A stretch of DNA of 10,499 nucleotides. It comes from Azolla caroliniana (Eukaryota; Plantae; Polypodiophyta). Location of the stretch: contig JBHGNT010001271.1 of assembly GCA_043228905.1 (NCBI GenBank), positions 1-10,499 of the forward strand. The letters run 5' to 3'. The notes beneath the pieces are model-generated. The model did no database searches. It saw only the letters and a list, made by a program, of their open reading frames with translations, and was not told the DNA's origin. This document shows, in pieces, positions 7,134-10,499 of the stretch. Each line of letters opens with the position of its first letter. The stretch's first letter is position 1. The position numbers were made by a program, and so were the translations under genes.

Positions 7134-8420
7134 ATGACTAGACCAACAAACGACCCAGTTAAGGAGCGAGCAAGAAGACTTGTCGAACGATTGCGGAAGC
7201 GAGAGGCTTTCCATCAGGTGGTAGAAGAGATCCGTGCGGATCGATCACTTTCCAAAGTAATCCGGCGAGTGGCCGCGGAGTCACTTCGCATGTAACAAAC
7301 TTCCCACCCGGACAAAGGAAGGAGCTTGAGCATTCTCCGGGATGCGGGATCCATTCTGCATGCATTAGCGATAGTGGAAGGCGATTCAAAACCGCTCTCA
7401 ACCCTCGAATCGGATTCGGACGGCGAATGTAGTGCCCATTCGAATTACCATAGCAACCACGACATCCCAGACGTACTGGAGGAGGAGTAGTCAGATACCT
7501 TGCCAACACCAAAACCGGAGTTAACGGAACTGGAAGCCCCAAACCGGCAAGTGGCGGATCAACTTCTAACATCGCCACGTGAAACACCGAAAGAAGCGGA
7601 GGGGAGACCTCTGACACCACCAACCCATGTTCCGACACTGAATGACGACATGCCGTTCCAATATCCAAAGTACCGGGATGATCCAGACGTGGAAGCTCAT
7701 GTCTATGCGTTTCTACAAACATGGGAAGCAAACCATGTGTCGCAACGCTTGACCGCCGCCGAAGCAGAACGCTTGAAGATTGTAGTGTTCGGCATAACCT
7801 TAAACCCTAAACCCTAAACCAGCCGCGCGATGTCGCTTGACGCACCCTCCGGACACCATCACGACGTTTGAGGACTTAAAAACCAGATTTTTACAGTTCT
7901 TCAACAAGGAGGTGGATCAACGGGAGATGGTTGGCCTATTCTACACCATACGACAGGAACCTACGGAAACCATTTAGCAATTCGTAATCTGGTTCCAGCA
8001 AATGCACAACCAGCTAAATCGGGCAGCGACCGAAAAGACGCTCACGACCGAGACCGGCAGGATAGCTACCGGGATTACAACGGTGATTGATATGACAGAC
8101 ACAACCGAGATCACTCCCTCGGTTACAACCAACGGAGGGAGGATCAAGGCAATTATATAAACTGGCCCCGACAGGGTTACCAAAATAAAAAATGCTTCAA
8201 CAAAAAATGGAACATTAGAAAGGAGGACCACCAATGGCAGCCGGACAAGGGCACACCAAGGACCCAACTGGACCAAGGCCAAGCACCTAACCAACCACCA
8301 ATAGGAGCTCAACCGGGTACCGAAGCGAACGCCGAATCCAGCAACACCCGGAAAGCGTACTGCTACTATTGCCGGCAAGAAGGACATTACAGTAATCAAT
8401 GTCCGGTTAAAAGTTACGAG
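7134..8420 (+). pseudogene. gag: gag pseudogene (capsid-like domain and CCHC zinc knuckle)
   Basis: ATG at 7134. ORFs 7083-7295 and 7500-7817 are in frame across stops at 7293 and 7488. Capsid-like stretch KYRDDPDVEAHVYAFLQTW...FGITL / PAAR...TFEDLKTRFLQFF...YTIRQEPTETI, with 7819-~8034 in a shifted frame. C-YY-C-RQEG-H-YSNQ-C at 8361-8402. Confidence 0.88.
7798..7820 (+). repeat. Interstitial plant-type telomeric repeat (CCCTAAA)~3
   Basis: CCTTAAA CCCTAAA CCCTAAA CC inside gag. Confidence 0.8.
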
Positions 8421-8789
8421 AAATGACCAACAGTAAATATAGTGGTAGCAGAAGTCGTCGACATACAACAAGTCACCACTAGGGCAAAAGGCAAAACAAC
8501 AGAGTGGGAAACGCAGGAAGCAATCTGAAAGCAAGCCACTGAGTGGGTGAAAAAGGCAAATGAGCGGAATGTGGCTGAGCTTGAACAACAAAAAGAGAAA
8601 CCGGAAGAGGCCACTGACATGATTCAACTGGAAAACCCAATATGGCAAGCGTTACAAGAATGTCAAATTACACTGTCATTGGGTCGGTTATTATAGCTAG
8701 TACCCCAGTTTACGGAAGGGCTGAAATCAGGAATGACCACATCAAATCCGTTGCCGGCTCCTGAGTTCTTCTCAAATTCGGAAGAAGGG

Positions 8790-9170
8790 CCAATAGTGGT
8801 TGACACGAACAATCCGGCAATCACCGCCCTCGTCAAAGGACGAGAACTACCAGGGACGATTGTGGACGAAGGATCGGGCATGAATGTGATTAGTCTACGG
8901 ACTTGTAATACTCTAGGAATCTAGGAATGGGAGCCTTGCCCATTTTGGCTCCGGATGGCGGATACAAGTTCGGTAAGACCTACCAGTTTGATATGGGATT
9001 TAGACATAACTATCAAAGGACACACATTCCGTATTTTGGCGGTGGTTCTCCAGCTCAATGCGCAAGGGACTTACCCATTGTTGTTGGGCCGCCCATGGCT
9101 AAAAATGACGCATATCAAACAAAACTGGAGGAAAAACATGATTACCTTTCGGCGAGGAAAGGCTAAAGCA
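8790..9170 (+). pseudogene. Retrotransposon aspartic protease domain (degenerate)
   Basis: ALVKGRELPGTIVDEGSGMNVIS (Asp codon 8865-8867; DEGSG probably from DGGSG), MADTSSVRP and YPLLLGRPWL. Same frame as the zinc knuckle; stop at 8922-8924. Confidence 0.85.
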
Positions 9171-9469
9171 AGGGTACCTACCCACCCTCGATCGAGTACC
9201 GACAAGGAGCTGACACTACTATATGCGGAAGACGTAAACATGCTCGAGGGGCTTGCTGACGAAGAGGTCGACCAATACTTCGAAGAAAACCCAAAAATTG
9301 TACCCCTATTTGAAATCGATGTAGCAGAAGCCGTGTCACCATATATAACGCAATCGGATGATGCCGGCGAGGAACCAGATAGGGAAGCTATCAGAGAATG
9401 ACGACAAGCACAAGAAGCTCTAGAGAGGGAGCTAGCGGTATCCGAATGCGTGAAAGCATCCCAGTTCGA

Positions 9470-10499
9470 GGAAGTGAACTTAGGAACCGGGGACGACGCA
9501 AGACCGGTTCATATTGCTAAGGAAATGTCACCGGATAAGAAGACGACGATGATCACTTTATTAAAGGAATTCCGAGACGTATTCGCCTAGTCCTATGAAG
9601 ACATACGGTGGGTAGATCCTCAGTTGTACCAACACCAGATACATCTCAGTAAGGATGCCAAACCGGTAGCACAACGACATTACCGGATGAACCCTAACTA
9701 TGTAGCAAAGGTCAAAGAGGAAATTGACAAGTTGCTACGGGTTTATCCGACCAGTGAAAAAAGCTACATGGTTAAGTCCCATAGTCGTCGTGCCGAAAAA
9801 GAACGGTAAGATCTGGGTGTGTGTCGACTATCGGAAACTCAATGTGGAAACAGTGACCAACGCCTTTCCACTTCCATTTATGGATGGAGTGCTGGACGCG
9901 GTAGCGGGTCATGAAGTGTATAGCTTCCTAGACAGTTTCAGCGGCTACAATCAAATAAGGATGCATCCCAACGACCAAGACAAGATGGCATTTATCACCG
10001 AATGGGGAGTTTTCGTCGCAGTGGGAATGACGTTCGGGCTCAAGACCGCGCCAACGACCTTCCAACGAATAATCATGGAAATATTTGGCGAGTTCATCCC
10101 GACATTCATGCAAGTATTCCTGGATGACTTCACCGTGTATAGCTGAGAAGGAGAACATCTCCAACACCTCCGGCTATGTCTTGAGAAATGCAGGAGTTAT
10201 CAATTAAGCCTGAATCCAGCAAAGTGTGTGTTCGAAGTAACAAGCGGTGCATTGTTGGGCCATATCGTCAGCAAGGACGGGATCGTAGTAGACCCCGATA
10301 AGGTCAAAGCAATCTTAGAAGCACCGGCACCACCCACGTCCAAAGTTTTGAGTCGGTTTCTAGGGCAAATCCAGTGGCATAACCGGATGCTCCGTTATTT
10401 GGCCGATCTTGCTACACCGTTGCATGCCGCGGTTCACCAGACACTGTTTCAATCGACAACTACGGAGGATAAGGCTTACCGGGCACTGAAAGTACTGCT
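9470..10499 (+). pseudogene. pol: Reverse transcriptase of element 2 (degenerate, truncated by window)
   Basis: EEVNLG...FRDVFA*SYED, HQIHL, VKEEIDKLL, then a frameshift at ~9740 to GFIRPV...FLDD (10117-10128). After TGA 10144-10146 it continues LNPAKCVF...LLGHIVSKDGI..DPDKVKAI...RFLGQI. Confidence 0.93.

Larger units (their letters stand above)
6631..10499 (+). mobile_element. Ty3/Gypsy LTR retrotransposon 2 (non-chromovirus-like), 5' portion, degenerate
   Basis: LTR, PBS, gag, protease and RT in order. RT motifs WLSPIVVVPKKNGK, CVDYRKLN, FPLPF, YSFLDSFSGYNQI, FGLKTAPTTFQR and FLDD. Runs off the window end. Confidence 0.95.

Noticed and set aside
7798-7820. Telomerase RNA template or true chromosome end
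   Set aside because: Only ~3 repeats, embedded in gag with coding sequence resuming on both sides, and no snRNA-type promoter nearby.
7159-10167. Minus-strand ORFs (7159-7731, 7974-8648, 8414-8620, 8663-8881, 9928-10167, 9951-10133) and off-frame 8927-9166
   Set aside because: Antisense or alternate-frame shadows of gag-pol with no recognisable motifs.

Overview
This is eukaryotic, plant-type repetitive DNA, probably moss-like (inference), with no intact host protein gene. From left to right: (1) 1-2777 is the 3' part of a decayed Ty3/Gypsy pol (RT, RNase H, integrase with GPY/F) in one frame with two nonsense stops. (2) 2778-6202 is a tandem array of ~530-bp units fused directly to the end of that pol. 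It holds six degenerate tRNA-Arg(CCT) copies plus a seventh unit cut before its tRNA, and the units fall into subtypes A/B/C that suggest a higher-order repeat. (3) 6203-6630 is a C-tract-rich, strand-skewed segment. (4) 6631-end is a second, unrelated non-chromovirus-like Ty3/Gypsy element with a 461-bp 5' LTR, a tRNA-Arg(TCG)-like PBS, and gag (zinc knuckle), protease and RT. It is broken by C>T-type stops, deletions and a short plant telomere-repeat insertion in gag. The most interesting signal is the tRNA-Arg array sitting where the first element's 3' UTR, PPT and LTR should be.
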